Below are positions 62,295-64,000 of a DNA stretch of 64,000 bases, piece by piece. Source of the DNA: Macrostomum hystrix. Lineage: Eukaryota > Animalia > Platyhelminthes. Within the stretch, counting starts at the first letter, position 1; each line of letters begins with the position of its first letter. Both the position numbers and the translations under genes were made by a program. The stretch is from NCBI GenBank assembly GCA_950097015.1, contig CATNEN010000038.1, positions 14,632,001 through 14,696,000 of the forward strand, written 5' to 3'. The notes beneath the pieces are model-generated. The model saw nothing but the letters and a program-made list of their open reading frames with translations, did not search any database and was not told the origin of the DNA.

Positions 62295-63205
62295 CTGTCT
62301 CATCTCTCCCTGTCTCATATCTCCTATCTCATCTCTCCAGGGTCGCATCTCTCCAGTATCTTATCTCTAGTGTCTCATCTCTCCAGTGTCTCATATCTCC
62401 TATCTCATCTCTCCTATCTCATCTCTCCAGTGTCTTATCTCTCCAGTGTCTCATCTCTCCAGTGTCTCATCTCTACCATGTCTCATCTCTCCACTGTCTC
62501 ATATCTCCCTGTCTCATATCTCCTATCTCATCTCTCCAGGGTCTCATCTCTCCCTGTCTCATCTCCATGTCTCATATCTCCCTGTCTCATATATCCTATC
62601 TCATCTCTCCAGTGTCTCATCTCTCCCTGTCTCATATCTCCTATCTCATCTCTCCAGGGTCTTATCTCTCCAGTGTCTCATCTCTAGTGTCTCATCTCTC
62701 CAGTGTCTCATCTCTCCCTGTCTCATATCTCCTATCTCATCTCTCCTATCTCATCTCTCCAGGGTCTTATCTCTCCAGTGTCTCATCTCTAGTGTCTCAT
62801 CTCTCCAGTGTCTCATCTCTCTAGTGTCTCATCTCTCCAGTGTCTCATCTCTCTAGTGTCTCATCTCTCCAGTGTCTCATCGCTACCGGTCTCATCTCTC
62901 CCTGTCTCATCTCTCCCTGTCTCATATCTCCTATCTCATCTCTCCTATCTCATCTCTCCAGGGTCTTATATCTCCAGTGTCTCATCTCTAGTGTCTCATC
63001 TCTCCAGTGTCTCATCGCTACCGGTCTCATCTCTCCCTGTCTCATCTCTCAGTGTCTCATATCTCCCTGCCTCATATCTCCTATCTCATCTCTCCAGGGT
63101 CTCATGTCTCCAGTGTCTCATCTCTCCAGGGTCTCATCTCTCCAGGGTCTCATCTCTGCCCTGACTCATCTCTTCTCTGTCTTATCTCTGCCCTGTCTTA
63201 TCTCT
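62295..63205. repeat. TCTCATCTCTCC-family minisatellite (14-17 bp units)
   Basis: Visible tandem units. Confidence 0.92.
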
Positions 63206-63859
63206 TCGTTTCTTAATTGTCCCATCCCATATCTGCCGTATTATCTATTTTTTGTCAATAGTCTGCGAACCCTTAAGAAGGGACAAAGCACTTCATTCTG
63301 TAATACTCAATTTTTGTATATATAAAGGAACTAATAAATGCTTTTTGTACATAGTGACTGCCAGTTAGAAGTGAATTAACCATTTTAACAGATTTTGCCC
63401 ACTTCAACAGACAACAGACAAACATTATGTTGCATGCTTGTTCTAGCTATTCCAAAATGTTCCACTTCTCGTGGGTACTGCGTCAACTGCTATCTCGTGT
63501 TACGTTGTGCTAATTTTTTCTTATTTCTTCAATTCCAAAGCCGGGCAAACATTGAAAGATTGCGCAATATGAACAACGAAATTTCCGGACAAACAGCACC
63601 AAACACGAACGCAAAAACTCTCTTAAGAGGGTCCGACAAAGACAGACTAAAGCGCAAATAGCAATGAGAAAGTCTGTTAGACACTAAATCAATGATAACA
63701 TACCGCCGGTTAAACCACTTGAAATCTTGTGCATGAATGCAATAAATAAAAAATGTATGAATTGTCGTACTGTTTGTGGCTTATTCCTCGATTGCATTTG
63801 TCTTATCTGTAACGGCTCCACATTTCAGTCTAATCTCTACCTTACAGTCCTATCTATCT

Positions 63860-64000
63860 CAGACGTATCTATCTCACAGTTTCATCTCTATCTCAGTCTC
63901 ATCTCTATCTCAGTCTCATCTTTATCTCACAGTCTCATCTCTATATCTCACAGTCTCATCTCTATCTCACAGTCTCATCTCTATCTCACAGTCTCATCTC
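63860..64000. repeat. related TCTCATCTCTATCTCACAG repeat running off the window end
   Basis: Visible tandem units. Confidence 0.8.

Overview
Eukaryotic (animal) genomic DNA with spliced genes. GC-rich, polyQ/polyP coding exons and introns packed with many distinct minisatellites suggest a free-living flatworm such as Macrostomum (inference from sequence style only). There are two convergent multi-exon loci. (1) A + strand locus (about 8.6-30.6 kb) whose exons are joined in phase 0. It has at least two ATG-bearing apparent first exons (9890, 17509), a canonical IQ motif, two neurogranin/PEP-19/igloo-type acidic-IQ calmodulin-binding units, and a giant 4.6-kb exon encoding Glu-rich tandem repeats. 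(2) A - strand single-pass receptor (46799 to 34253; 13 exons traced by hand, about 1265 aa without the unlocated signal-peptide exon) with about 5 Ig and 2 FN3 domains, a TM helix and a Pro/Gln-rich tail, most similar to the iHog/Boi/CDON/BOC family. The rest is about 25 minisatellite arrays, three tRNA-derived SINE families, two hAT MITEs with 8-bp TSDs plus a third possible MITE, and a possible decayed LINE fragment. Most long ORFs in the track are artefacts of stop-free minisatellites. No prokaryotic system, CRISPR array or rRNA is present. Repeat boundaries are approximate, and exon models are manual predictions without transcript data.
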